DNA from: Flectonema sp. DT1601
Lineage: Eukaryota
NCBI GenBank assembly: GCA_964019425.1
Contig: OZ025783.1
Location: forward strand, 1,364,001-1,428,000
Reading direction: 5' to 3'
Length of the DNA: 64,000 nt
This document shows positions 37,621-49,722 of this stretch, in pieces; positions within the stretch are counted from its first letter, which is position 1; the number at the start of each line of letters is the position of its first letter. Below the pieces are notes generated by a model. It searched no databases. It saw only the letters and a list, made by a program, of their open reading frames with translations, and was not told where the DNA came from. The translations under genes were made by a program, and so were the position numbers.

Positions 37621-40600
37621 ATGTGGAAACATAAAACACCCAATGGAGTTCTCAAATATATGGATGGCGTGTCATTCTCAATAATTCCTTCACTGTACGG
37701 TAATGTGTTGCAAATATCTACAGCTGTTGAAAAGTACCGAAATAATAATAATTATTGTGAATCTGAGAGAAATTGGAATGAAGAGTGGCAACAACTAATT
37801 CATAAACAAAGAAATGAAGAAAGTGAGACATCGATGAAACAACTTTGTAAAGAGTTCGAAACAAGATGTGAAAAGAGATGTGAACTAGTTGGAGATTCAA
37901 TCAGCGGATCATCAGGGGCTTGCCTGCCTCTAGTTCCAGGTATTTACTTCAGTGCTGGAATCGTCACTGTACCCATCTGCACTCCGGAAAGAATATCTCT
38001 TTTTGGAACCTTAAATGCAACTCATAAGCTAGTCAGCAAGGAGCTTACTGCACTGAGCGAAATACTTGGGATCCTACCACACTTAACCTCTCACATATCC
38101 TTACCCCTCGCTTGCAGTGTAATTTATCGAGGTATGACCTTTTGGTGTTATGCATTATTCCCTGTTGCGGGATTGGTTAAGAACCGTGTGAAAAGTGAGA
38201 TGGGAAATTACGATAAATATAAAGTTCGATTCCCGAAGGACACTATTTTATTCAATCTAAACGAAAAAGGATTAGAAGTATATTGCAACCCAAATGAATA
38301 TACGACACTTAGAGAAATTGGATCTCATTTCGGATTATGTGAAATTGAAGCATTGCAGTTTGCGGCATTGCCTTATATTCAATTTCCTCTGAGTCTTAAC
38401 ATGTTATGGGTGCTTAACGATAATCGAACTTATATTTATGATGTTGGGAGGTTTCTTACTGCTATGTGCAGGGATTACAAGGAAGTTGACAGACATAGAT
38501 CGCTAAACTTGCAAACTTACAGACCTGACATGATCAGGGACATCACAAATCACAGTTGGGTACCAGAACTTGTCGGACCGTACTCTGTCGAATACTGGGG
38601 AGTCGTTAACTTATCAAGTCAGCTTCATAAGGTACTATTATTAAATCGGTTAAAGTCTTCTTATACATCAGTGGCGTCTCATGACCTACACAGCCACTTC
38701 TTATGCTTGAGTGATATTTACAATTTTCCTGTTTTGAGCCATAAATCAATGATGGACTTAACTGTTAGGGCATTTAAATGCTTATTAAATGTACCTTTTA
38801 ATCCGAACACTGGATCGAGACAAGTCTTACCAAGATGTGCTGCGACTGAAATGAGTCTGTTGGTTCGCAATGATCAAAATCAGTATTGGAATAATATGAT
38901 AGTTCCTATTTTAAAAGAAAAATATGGAATGTCATTTGAGAAACCGTCGTGTACATCAACGAGAATCGCTTCATCTCTTGAAAGGGATTTTATAAGTGAA
39001 TTTATAGGTGTCACGGAAAAAGATATAAATTTAGACTTACTGAGAGCTGTTGTGCAATCAATTAATATGACGTTTCATTTTAGTTATAGTTCTCGTCGTC
39101 GAGTTGTAGAAATTATTGAACATCCTTATGGTACGAAGGGAATTCGACTTCCTTTGTTTTCATCTTATAAAAAAACAATTTCAGATGTGTTATCTCAAAT
39201 TGATAAACGTGGAGTATCTTCACCTGGTTCAATTGTTTCATATTATCGACTAACAAAAATGTTGCGAGAACGAGGTCGAATCGGAGAATGTCCGTACTAT
39301 TCAGGCATCTGTTCTTCTATTCCAGTAGAACGTCTTGGTGATCGTCCTGACGCTTTAGTGTGTGAGTTCATTAGTTCACACGATCCGACTGCTTGCAAAA
39401 CATACTTAACAAAAACACATCTAAATACAAATTATGAAACAATAGTTATGAGAACCTTAGCACGAAGTACTCATATCAGCGACATCGAGAGATACGAATT
39501 GTACAGTCGTTTACTTTCTATATTTATGAAGACGAAAGATAGGACGTTATTATCGATTGTGAGAGAATTCGCTCTTGCTCAAATCGCTTTACTTGAAAAA
39601 ACCACATGCACTCGATGTGGTACCAACGCTGTAACGGTAGGTTGTTCTGTTTGCAAAGAAAAAGATGTAATTTCTTCTAAATCTGCTCATTTTAAAAGAA
39701 TTCAGTGTGATGTTAAAAAGATTATAAGTGCTTGCGGAGCCTTTCAAGTTGGAAGCGTTCCTATGATTCCTACGCCAAGCATCGGGAAAATGAATGAAAA
39801 GACTACCAAAGCTGGTGAGGGTGTGTACTATCCCTTATTCTCATATCAAAAAAAAAAAGAATTAGTTAGTGGTACCATAAAACTATCAACCAACAGCAAC
39901 AACAGATCAACCAGCATCTCGGAGGGGAACACTTAGAAGTAGTAGTTGTACTTCTCGTGTTGATCGAAAGCAATCCTCGAAATCCGCTTCACCACCTTCA
40001 TCACCCAAGAGAATTGGAGGTAATTCTGGAGTTCTTAGGAATCTTAATTTAGTACTCAAGGGACCCTCACCTCCAACAACTGTTTCTACATCAGGAATGA
40101 GTAGAACTCGTAAAGTCAAGGCAGCTGATCCACAGCAACCTACAGAACAAATAATTCCATGGCTGCCTGACGCGATTCCATTATGTGATAGTTGTGATAG
40201 TAAGTTACATGAAGGAATTGAGAACAAGTCTAGTTCAGTAATCCACCAACCAGATTCATTAACAACGAACATCATATCATTGTTAAAAGATTATGTATAT
40301 CTTGCAAAGACATCACATTTGAGTGGTGCTGATGATGTCGGTATTCTCACAGCGACATTACATTTGGGAAAACTAACTAACGATGCGTCATTAGTACAAT
40401 GTGCTTTGAAAGATTGCAATGAGCAAACTGAGGAATCATTTACTTGGAAAGTATTATTAGTGACGATGAAGTTTAATGGTTCGACGTTGGAAAAGGATTG
40501 TTTTTTTGAAATATTATCTGGTCTGGTGGAACAAGCCAGTATTTCCGATAGCCTTCCACAATGGATTTTTATAAAAATAGAAGAGCTGCTTAACCTTTTT

Positions 40601-41296
40601 GATAAAAGTATTCACAAAACTGATGTTATTTGGCTTCAAAATTGTTGTCATGTCTTTGGTCAAGAAACTCCCAAAACAAACGTCAATAATAACGACGCAG
40701 TTTTTATTAAAGTCAACACGTATCCATTAACTCCTGAGTTGGACCCTTGCACTATAAGAGTATTATTAAATTTAGGATCTTATTTTTACAGGCTGTTCAG
40801 TGCCAAGGATCGTGATACCCTTCATCAAACGCTAGGTCTATCAGCAATCTACGCTGCGGTTAATTGTTTAGTACCTGCATTCCTTCTTTGTGTAGATCCT
40901 GATTGTGAAAGGAAGTACAGTACGTCAGATCAGATTGGGGTTCTTCAAGATGTTGTTATTGATTATTTAAGACCAGCAACTCATTATCTCAGTTCTTCAA
41001 GCAACTCTCGTGATGTTATTACTGCTAGTTTGATCGTGAGAACGGTTTCTCAGCAGATAACTGATTTAGATTGGAGTCCAAGAAAACCTCTTAAACATCA
41101 ACAAAGAAGACCAAAACAACCGACAGTCAACTCGACTGAAAAGAAATCTGAAGAACGTCTTCTCAGATATAAATACAACTTACACACTAAAGATCCCTAT
41201 GGAGGTTGTGAACGTGACGTGTACGCATTGAAATTAAAAGAAATGTTGACATCGTTGAAGTGTACTTCAAAGAGTGGCAACGATCAACTTGAATAG
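37621..41296 (+). CDS. Divergent Clu-domain protein; intron 39821-39905
   Basis: HKLVSKEL...LPLACSVIYRGMTFWCYALFP...DNRTYIYDVGRF...YRPDMI resembles Clu-domain motifs. An 85-nt GTGTGT...AACAG intron connects the 771-aa and 399-aa ORFs through a stop-free frame. Confidence 0.65.
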
Positions 41297-41546
41297 TTAT
41301 AGTTGTGTTTTGATTATATTAGTGTTTCATCATTTACACAAAAAAAAAAAAAAAAAAAAAAAATTAAAAGGTTTTTTTTTATTATCTTTTAGCTTTCGTT
41401 TTTTTTTTTAGTTTGTTACTTTTTTTGTTTACTATATTACCAGTAGTCAAAATGTTTCATAACTGAACGTTTCTACAGATTTATTTATTCAGTTCTTAAG
41501 CAATACTCAAAAACATTTAATTACCCGTACAGAACTAATAACAAAG

Positions 41547-43124
41547 ATGCCTCTCCAACCTGTGATCTCAGCCCGTGGCATGGAAATGGCCACCTTGAAA
41601 CCTCCTGCATTTCTTGATGTCTACTTCGAGGGTCTTGGTAACTTGTACTCAAAAAGTAATCCGAGTGGTAGTATTAATTTGTGTATGGCGGAGAATCAAT
41701 TGTCAAAGGAAATGGTGAGAGCAAAACTAGCAGAAGATGCCAAGAGTAGTGTAGATATGATTTCTATGGGTTATCAGGACTTCTGGGGAAGACCAGAACT
41801 ACGTCAAGCATTTAGTGATTTCATGGAACGGAAATTAGGTGGTAAAGTAGGTGCAGACAACCTGGCCATCATAAACGGTGCTGGGTCAGCAGTCATGTTG
41901 ACGACATTCGCGTTGTGTGATGCTGGTGATGCCGTACTATTACCAGCTCCACTTTATTATGGTTTTGGAAGAGATATTGAAGGTCTTGCTGGTGCGAAGA
42001 TCGTACCACTTGAGGAACTAACTAGCAAATGCCTCGCATCAACATACAAAACACAGACAGAAGCAGGTAGCCGACCAAAAGTACTCTTATTAACAAACCC
42101 AGGTAACCCAACTGGTGCAATATTACATGAGGATGTTATTAGAGGAGCAGTTGAATGGGCGCAAGCCAACGGTGTTCACGTTGTGATGGATGAGATGTAC
42201 GCAGTCTCCGTTTTTAGAAGCTCACCATTCAAGTTTAAATCTTGTTTAGAAATTTTCGATAAATTACCAACCAATGTGCATTTAGTTTGGGGTCTTAGTA
42301 AAGACTTTTGTGGATCTGGACTGCGTTGTGTTGGTATTCACAGCAGAGATGAAAACTTTATGGACGCGATATCGAAATACACATACTTCTTTCAAGTTGG
42401 AGGACCTCTTCAATTACAGGTTTGTATCGTTACATAATAAGAGGGGGGGAAATAACAAAACAAAACAAAACAAAACAAAACAAAACAAAACAAAACAAAA
42501 CAAAACAAAACAAAACAAAACAAAACAAAACAAAACAAAACAAAACAAAACAAAACAAAACAAAACAAAACAAAACAAAACAAAACAAAACAAAACAAAA
42601 CAAAACAAAACAAAACAAAACAAAACAAAACAAAACAAAACAAAACAAAACAAAACAAAACAAAACAAAACAAAACAAAACAAAACAAAACAAAACAAAA
42701 CAAACAAACAAACAAACAGGTTGCATCAATGCTAAATGATAAGCCATGGGTTGACAGATACATTGCTAAAATGAATAACGACCTTAAGATGTCTTGTGAA
42801 TTTGCTGAATCTGTTCTACGTGAAAATGATATTCCCTTCTTAGCACCTCAGGCAGCGTTCTTTTTATGGTGTGATTTCAGTAAGTGGTCGAACATGGCAG
42901 GAGGTGAGGTACCTTTTTTAGCTTACCTCTCAAAACTTCCTGGGGGAGGTGTCTTACTGACTGCAGGAGAGGGATGCAGTAATCCTGTCTCAGGTTGGTT
43001 TAGACTATGCTTTTCTTCTAGTACTGTTGAGGAGCTCACCATCGGAATGAATAGACTTGTTAAAGCCGTTAAGGCAATAGATGATGGTACTGCTAAGATT
43101 CCTTCATCAGCTGCAAAATTATAA
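41547..43124 (+). CDS. PLP-dependent class I/II aminotransferase, ACC-synthase-like; intron 42420-42719
   Basis: MAENQL, NPGNPTG, DEMY, GLSKDF.GSGLR (PLP lysine) and GWFRLCF. A 300-nt phase-0 intron restores the frame. The protein ends in AKL. Confidence 0.9.
42456..42717 (+). repeat. (CAAAA)n microsatellite, about 49 perfect units followed by CAAA units, inside an intron
   Basis: Directly visible in the sequence. Confidence 0.98.
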
Positions 43125-43557
43125 AGAAATAAAATGAAACAACTCCTCGACTTGTCTCACCGACATTTTTGCGATTTGTCAGTTTGAGTGTTCATATTTA
43201 TTCTTATCACAAAAAACTCACAGGATTTAAGTAAAATTGGATTCAGTCGATTTTTTTTTCCTTCTCTCTCTCCATTTAAACTTGTGGACCACGTGCAAAA
43301 ACCCACCAATTACAATTAGTAGTCACGGTTTCTGTAATTTACTGCTGCATGCCTCGTTCGTCTAGCCGATTATTTATTACTTAATTATGAAGCTTTTTGT
43401 TGACAACATCGCCGCTTTGCGCAAAAACAGATAAGTAAACGACACTGATTCTAAAGGTTTATTTTATTTTTTTTTAAAACCACAAAAAAATAATAAACCT
43501 AACATCGTCGGCGATACCGGCGAAGACATGCTCGCTGAACATAACGGAGATACATTG

Positions 43558-43594
<37 letters not shown>

Positions 43595-44250
43595 CTGTAA
43601 AATACTTCTGTTATTCACCTGAGGTATGAGGAACCGATACAGTTCTCGTACACTAGTTTTACTTAAACGGGAAAAAAAAAAAAAAAAAAAAAAAAAAACT
43701 ATTTTATTCTGAAGTTATGTAAAGGGTCGATATATCTCATTCGAATTATCGTATCGTACTATTTGTAAGATTTTATTTAAAGTGCCAACCATTTACTGCG
43801 CCTCCAAAAAAAAAAAGAAGTTTTTTTTTTCCCTCTCCCACGCTCATCCTGTAGTACGCCTTTATGTTTTTATGATACAACACCAGTTGTAATTTTTACA
43901 AAAAATCGAACATACATACATCCCCCAGCAAATCCTGTAGTACGTGGCCCTCCCGAATCCCCATATTCGACAGCACATATGGGATTTTATCGATACCGAC
44001 TGTTGGTCTCTTTTCATCGCAACCGAACCCTATATTCGTTTTAGCCAGTTTCAAGTTGCTTTATATTTAATCATAGCATCAAGTTATCCCGCATAAGTTT
44101 TTATTATTGTTTTCACTCATAGGTTATGTTACTGATGAAATGATACTGTCGACCTGGAGATGTGTAGTCGTTTTTGTTTGATATTTTAAATGTGTCTGTT
44201 GATGGTATTTCTTTTTTTGAAGAACTACCCATAAAGTAACACAACACAAC

Positions 44251-45156
44251 ATGACCAGCGTTCAAGACCAACTCGATAAAAATGATATAGATATGTGTTG
44301 GGGAGGAGGAGGTGAGAAACCATTCAGCAAGTCATCAACTGAAGTCGTATTTAGAAAAGAGAACAACGCTGACACGTCAGAAGTACTGGACGTTGAGATT
44401 GAAAGAATTTGGAAGCAAAAAATTACTGAAAATCCGAGAGTGTTCAACGGGTTGAAATTCAGATTAGAAACACAACAGGTAAATGATGATAAACTAACAC
44501 TTCAATTAGGCTTAACCGACTACAGAAGTTATCTTGGAACTGCTTTTGCTCCAGAAGAAACGGTTCAGTTAGCGATGAAGGAAAAATCGCATTCATCTTC
44601 ACACCCTTTTATGTCACATGCCTTAGGTGTTGAGTCACTGCTATTAACAAGTGATCAGTGGTTGGTTTTTATTAAAAGAAGCACTGATGTGTCAGAGTAT
44701 CAAGGTTACCTTTGTGGACCAGGTGGTCATGCAGAACCTAAAAACGTTGTAGAAAACTCAAAAGAACTTCCACATGAAAGAATTACTGAAATCCTCAGTG
44801 AGGAATCAAAACAATCTTTGATTTTAGAAGAAGTTTTTAACAGCGCTGTTGATGAGGTCGCTGAGGAAGTCGGACTTCCACATAAAACACTAACCAACAA
44901 CGGGATTATCGGAATAGCAAGAAACACTGCTGCCAGGGGAAAACCTGACTTACTATTTCTCATCACGACTGTACTGTCAAGGAATGAAATCAAAGCAATC
45001 TACGACAAGGGTGAAATGGCTGAAAAATTTGAAAGCACGGAAATTGCTTTTGTACCAGCAGATGACAAAACAGCACTTCAGGCCCTTCTTGATGAGGGCA
45101 AGATAACTCCACCGTCTGCTGCTGCTCTTATCTGTTTCCTGAAACAAGCTGTCTAA
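44251..45156 (+). CDS. NUDT22: NUDT22-like Nudix hydrolase (UDP-glucose pyrophosphatase family)
   Basis: IW...NPRVFNGLKFRL, LGLTDYRSYLGT, HALGV, PGGHAEP and a Nudix-like EVAEEVGLP. Confidence 0.85.
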   Translation: MTSVQDQLDKNDIDMCWGGGGEKPFSKSSTEVVFRKENNADTSEVLDVEIERIWKQKITENPRVFNGLKFRLETQQVNDDKLTLQLGLTDYRSYLGTAFAPEETVQLAMKEKSHSSSHPFMSHALGVESLLLTSDQWLVFIKRSTDVSEYQGYLCGPGGHAEPKNVVENSKELPHERITEILSEESKQSLILEEVFNSAVDEVAEEVGLPHKTLTNNGIIGIARNTAARGKPDLLFLITTVLSRNEIKAIYDKGEMAEKFESTEIAFVPADDKTALQALLDEGKITPPSAAALICFLKQAV

Positions 45157-45455
45157 CAGCGGAAGGGGGGAACAACAAAAAAAAAAAAAAAATTCATATG
45201 AGAAGAAAAAAAAAAGAGAAAAAGAATTCTTGCTTGTAGCTTATTATTGCCACACCCTACCAAAGATACATCACAATGTATCATCTCATCGAGAGAGAGG
45301 TTCTAAACTTCTCCGCTGCTTCATAAATTAGTTAACTTTGATACAATTATATTTATTTAACATTATAAATACACTATGATGATAGCACAAGCTGCTCTCC
45401 TGTATTTAATAATACTAATCTATCTATTTTATAACACAAGGTATCAACAGAGCCA

Positions 45456-47690
45456 ATGGTCCGCCTACTCCCTCCAGAAGTAACTGATGACGATGTTGAG
45501 GCTGCCATTGCCAGGTCCCTGAAAGCGAAGGTGTGGAAGATGGTTGATGGTAAAAAACCTTATTATTATCACAAGGAAACGAAGAAATCAGTTTACAAGA
45601 AGGAGATGATGAAAATAATGAAGACAGAAGCAACACAAAAAGCCTTAGCAGACAGACTAACGGAGGTAACAGACTTAGTAGAGAAATACTTGAAAGATAA
45701 GAAGTGGAAAAAAGCATCGAATAAGGGAAAGGTTTATTACTACAACCCGGCAGACAGGAAACAAGTTGTGTGGGATTTAGAAAAAGTTGCTGCGACTGAA
45801 TTGGGTTACCTGGATACTTCAAAGAAAGGGAAATCACCAACTCCGTCAGCAACACCATCAGCGACACCATCGGCGAATAGTACGCCAAAGCCGAAACCAG
45901 CTAAACAGCCTACGACTATAGATCCAATAAAGTCAGATTTATCAGAAAAAGAGCCCTCTGAAAGCCCTCAACAAGAACCTGAAGAAGTCACACCAGTCGA
46001 TGATTCAAAATCTCAAACACCAACAAAAACTGTTGAAGATATTTCAACTGATGTTGTTTATGAAGAACCTGACACACAACCAACTCAATCAGCTTCCCCA
46101 GAACCTGAACCTTCTCCGAAATCATCACCCAAACAAGACCCCAAACCTGTTGAGGACAAATCGATAAAACCTCCGGAAATACCAGCTGAGTCACCACCAG
46201 CTAAACAACCCTCCCCTTCAGAAGATCAAGAAACTCAAAGGATTATTATTCAACAACAAGAACAACAACGAAGAGATATATTAAGTGCTACAATGAAAGC
46301 GCTAATAGAACTGGAAACTACTCAGAGAAGACTACTTGTTGAAGTATTAGAAGAAACTGAATTAGTTGTAATAGAAGAAGAGTTTAAAAGATGGAATATC
46401 CAACAGGCTTGTGCGAATGATTTAGAAATGGCATTGCATTCACTTGCAGCATCTGCATTGTACGCACTGCAGATGCAGATTAGAGCTGAGGTAGAGTATG
46501 ATGAGCAGGTTGAGTGGAGGGAAATTGAAAACTTTTCATTCACTTCAAAGACATATTATTATAAAATACAACTTGAGAGGCATTCCAAAGAACGTGAAAT
46601 GTTCTGCGACATCCACATCCAATCCAGACTAGAAACAGTCCACGAAGAGGAATCTCTTTGCAGAGATGCCCTCTCCATCGTTGAGCGAAGACACCATGCT
46701 CACTATGCCCAAACAGCTGCTCTTGTTAGGGTCTGGGTGGAGTTCACTCGCTCAAAGTTTGAAGATTTCTTTATAAGTGCGATAAACGACTTAGAAGAAA
46801 TGAAAGATCTGGAAGATAAACATAGAAGGATCGTTTTAACAAACAAGAAATCCCGACAAGACCTATTCCACTGCGAACGAATGTCAAGAGAAGAAATCAA
46901 TAATCAGTTTATTCAAAGACTCGACGACATATCACGAGAATGGACTGAACAGTATGAAGGATACAAGAAAGAGATAAATAGAGTGAGAAAAATGCCTCCG
47001 ACGTCTTCGGAAAAACAACTAATTTTAATAAAACAACAAATGGAAGAATTGATAAAAAGAGATCCGAACAGCTCCCCAGCTGCAGCACATCGATTAACAG
47101 AATTACAAGAGAGTTCAAAAGACTGTGAAATAGCTCGTATCATAGCAAGAGTTAGAGCACTTGAGGACGACTCATTGCGACATAGAGCTAAACTTTCTCT
47201 TTTGAGAAAATCACAAAGTCAGGATGGAAAGTTGAATAAGGTGTCAGTGAGCAGCACGTCTTTGCAGCCGTTAAAATTACAAATTGATGCCTTGCGTGCC
47301 TTACAAACACATCAAGTAATATCAGAACCTGTTTATGATAAACGTTCGTATCCTCAACATCTTCCTCAGCAGCCACTTCAGGAAAGTACAGCTCCATCAA
47401 ATGCAGTGGAGGTGTACACTCAGTTGTTGACTGCTTTTTATACGAAAAGAGATCCTGCAAAAATTCAAAACGTTTCTGTTTTACTCTCTCAATTTCATGG
47501 AACTGAGGAACGGCTTTTTGCATCGCTCGTTAGGAAGTATGATATCCCTACTACCAACCCTCACAGGGATACACTTGTGCAAGTGCTTAAACAACATGCT
47601 CCGTGGCAGTTGTGTTGTGTTGACTTGATTCTTCATCTCTACGAGGGATCAGAACACTCTTTAATTACTCACTTAATGAGAACTTACTAA
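45456..47690 (+). CDS. Protein with two WW-like motifs, a Pro/acidic linker, coiled coil and two C-terminal helical repeats
   Basis: WKMVDGKKPYYYH and WKKASNKGKVYYYNP...VW in an uninterrupted 744-aa ORF. Confidence 0.75.
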   Translation: MVRLLPPEVTDDDVEAAIARSLKAKVWKMVDGKKPYYYHKETKKSVYKKEMMKIMKTEATQKALADRLTEVTDLVEKYLKDKKWKKASNKGKVYYYNPADRKQVVWDLEKVAATELGYLDTSKKGKSPTPSATPSATPSANSTPKPKPAKQPTTIDPIKSDLSEKEPSESPQQEPEEVTPVDDSKSQTPTKTVEDISTDVVYEEPDTQPTQSASPEPEPSPKSSPKQDPKPVEDKSIKPPEIPAESPPAKQPSPSEDQETQRIIIQQQEQQRRDILSATMKALIELETTQRRLLVEVLEETELVVIEEEFKRWNIQQACANDLEMALHSLAASALYALQMQIRAEVEYDEQVEWREIENFSFTSKTYYYKIQLERHSKEREMFCDIHIQSRLETVHEEESLCRDALSIVERRHHAHYAQTAALVRVWVEFTRSKFEDFFISAINDLEEMKDLEDKHRRIVLTNKKSRQDLFHCERMSREEINNQFIQRLDDISREWTEQYEGYKKEINRVRKMPPTSSEKQLILIKQQMEELIKRDPNSSPAAAHRLTELQESSKDCEIARIIARVRALEDDSLRHRAKLSLLRKSQSQDGKLNKVSVSSTSLQPLKLQIDALRALQTHQVISEPVYDKRSYPQHLPQQPLQESTAPSNAVEVYTQLLTAFYTKRDPAKIQNVSVLLSQFHGTEERLFASLVRKYDIPTTNPHRDTLVQVLKQHAPWQLCCVDLILHLYEGSEHSLITHLMRTY

Positions 47691-48112
47691 CTGATTATGG
47701 TAGTTGAAAGCGAACGTACTTTACGTAACTATCTCTCAATCGGGAGACATGTGATTGCGAATCCTTTTAGTTTTTTTTTGTACTAGATTTTTTTATTTTC
47801 TTGTTTTTTTTTCCCCCTTTTTTTATTTATTTTTTTTATATATAAAATCCTTCCCCCTTTTTTTTCCTAGCTTTTTTATTAAATCGTTAGAAATTTTTTG
47901 CGTTGTTTTTCTTTTTTTTTTATAGTAAATTTGTATTAATGTTATGCAAAGAGAAGTATTGATTATGTTTTTTATGTATTTTGCAGGCAATCACAATATC
48001 GTATTAGAACCATAACTTGCCCTACTAGAATCAGAACTAATCCATTATGTTGGTGCTTATTTACTTTCTTTCTTAATCAAGTACTTAAGTGCGAGTCTCC
48101 TCTCAACGAGGG

Positions 48113-49093
48113 ATGTCGCACCAATGTTGTGAAATATGCGAAACAGCTCCTGGAGAATTTTCTTGTGATGAGTGTGGGATGTTGATTTACTGTACTATAT
48201 GTTGTAAGAAGTTGCATAGTATTTCAGCTCTTGAAGGTCACATGTTGAAGAAACTCGCAGGAAGTCCACAAGTTGTAGGAACTCACAAGGACGAGAGAGG
48301 ATCACCAGACGATATTTCAGATCGTAAAAATGTTGATTGGAATAATCTAAAATCAGTTGTAGAGGATTGCGTCAAACGACTTCAACAACTTGACATTTTA
48401 AAGAAAGAAATATCTCAGGCAGTTCGAAAGGAAGAAATTGGAATTGACACAGCCAAGAGAACACTTAAATCTGAAATTGATCAAATGCTCGAAGCAACAA
48501 AAGCACGCGGTGATTCATTAATAGATGACCTCGACAAGAAATGGTCATCACGTAAAGACATTTGGAATACAGAAATAAAATCAACGGAAACCCTAATCGC
48601 TAACGTAACCAAACTGAAAAATGAATCCTCCGTAAAACTTTCAGCTGGTGGGTCTGGTGCCGAAGAAACACACAAATTAAAAATGTCACTCGATGGGTAC
48701 TCTAAAGAGAAGGATAACAGTTTTGAAAGGATCACTTCTCTTACTTCTAATAAATCTGACATTTCAGGAGACCTTCAAAATAAAAATTATTATCAAGCGT
48801 TATCTGAAATAGTAATGAAGGGAGCAATCCGTCCTCCTGGTTGGGTTTTGTTATCTCCGTCCAGTAGTAAGAAATCAATTAGTACGTTTGTGGCTTCTCC
48901 AACTCAGCAAGTTCGCTCCTCATCTCCACCGTCGTTATCATTTATGAGAACGAGAACTGGTAACGTTAGATCATCATCAAGGCGATCGATGTCAACGCCA
49001 ATGCCTGCAAGGCAGCCAATCACTAGAAGTTTTACCGGCTTCAGTCCGTCTGCAGCAGCTGCTTATGAGACTCGTCATGCCTTGCGATTCTAG
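48113..49093 (+). CDS. B-box zinc finger and coiled-coil protein
   Basis: CEIC...CDEC...YCTICCKKLH...H followed by heptads. The first ATG is at 48113. Confidence 0.8.
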   Translation: MSHQCCEICETAPGEFSCDECGMLIYCTICCKKLHSISALEGHMLKKLAGSPQVVGTHKDERGSPDDISDRKNVDWNNLKSVVEDCVKRLQQLDILKKEISQAVRKEEIGIDTAKRTLKSEIDQMLEATKARGDSLIDDLDKKWSSRKDIWNTEIKSTETLIANVTKLKNESSVKLSAGGSGAEETHKLKMSLDGYSKEKDNSFERITSLTSNKSDISGDLQNKNYYQALSEIVMKGAIRPPGWVLLSPSSSKKSISTFVASPTQQVRSSSPPSLSFMRTRTGNVRSSSRRSMSTPMPARQPITRSFTGFSPSAAAAYETRHALRF

Positions 49094-49722
49094 TCGTGTT
49101 GTTAATCCAGTAGTAGTTGGACCAATGTTATCTTTTTAAAAGTAAATTTATGTATTCCGAAAATAAAGTTTTAAGTCCAATGCAGTTCGATCTGTTTTTT
49201 TTTTTTTTTTTAAACTAATGCGAATTCGTTTCCTGCTGTTAGTGGGGGGAAAAAAAAAAAAAAAAAAAAAGAAAAGGTAAGGGAATAGGGGAGGGGGAAA
49301 GAACAAAAAAAAAAAAAAAAAAAAAAAAGGAATATTGCTGTCAGCCCCCCTTCCATTATAATGTAGAGTCTTTTACGGCATTCGCAGAGTGTTTACCTAT
49401 ACTAACATTGCCTTTAGTCAACATGTATCATAAAATTATGTTAGGTAACTTTGATACAATGCACATATTTATATCGTTATAAGTATGCTCAAAACAGTTA
49501 ACCCTCCTTTTCAGTTTCCTTTATTTTTTTTCCCTCTTTCTCTCAGTTTTCGTCCGAAAAAAAAAAAAAAAAAAAAAAAACGACTTTCTTTCCTTTCTGT
49601 GAGTGCTTTGGATGCTAACCGTTTCTTATAGGAAAAACAAATATAATGTGGTCTGTCATCAGTAAGCAACACACTAAGATTTCTTAAATATTAATTTCAC
49701 GTAGTAAACACAAAAAGAAAAC

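Noticed and set aside
42310..42763. KQNKT / FCFVL repeat ORFs
   Set aside because: Translations of the intronic (CAAAA)n microsatellite.
43846..43945. 13-nt direct repeat ATCCTGTAGTACG
   Set aside because: Only two nearby copies with no structure seen; likely a local duplication.
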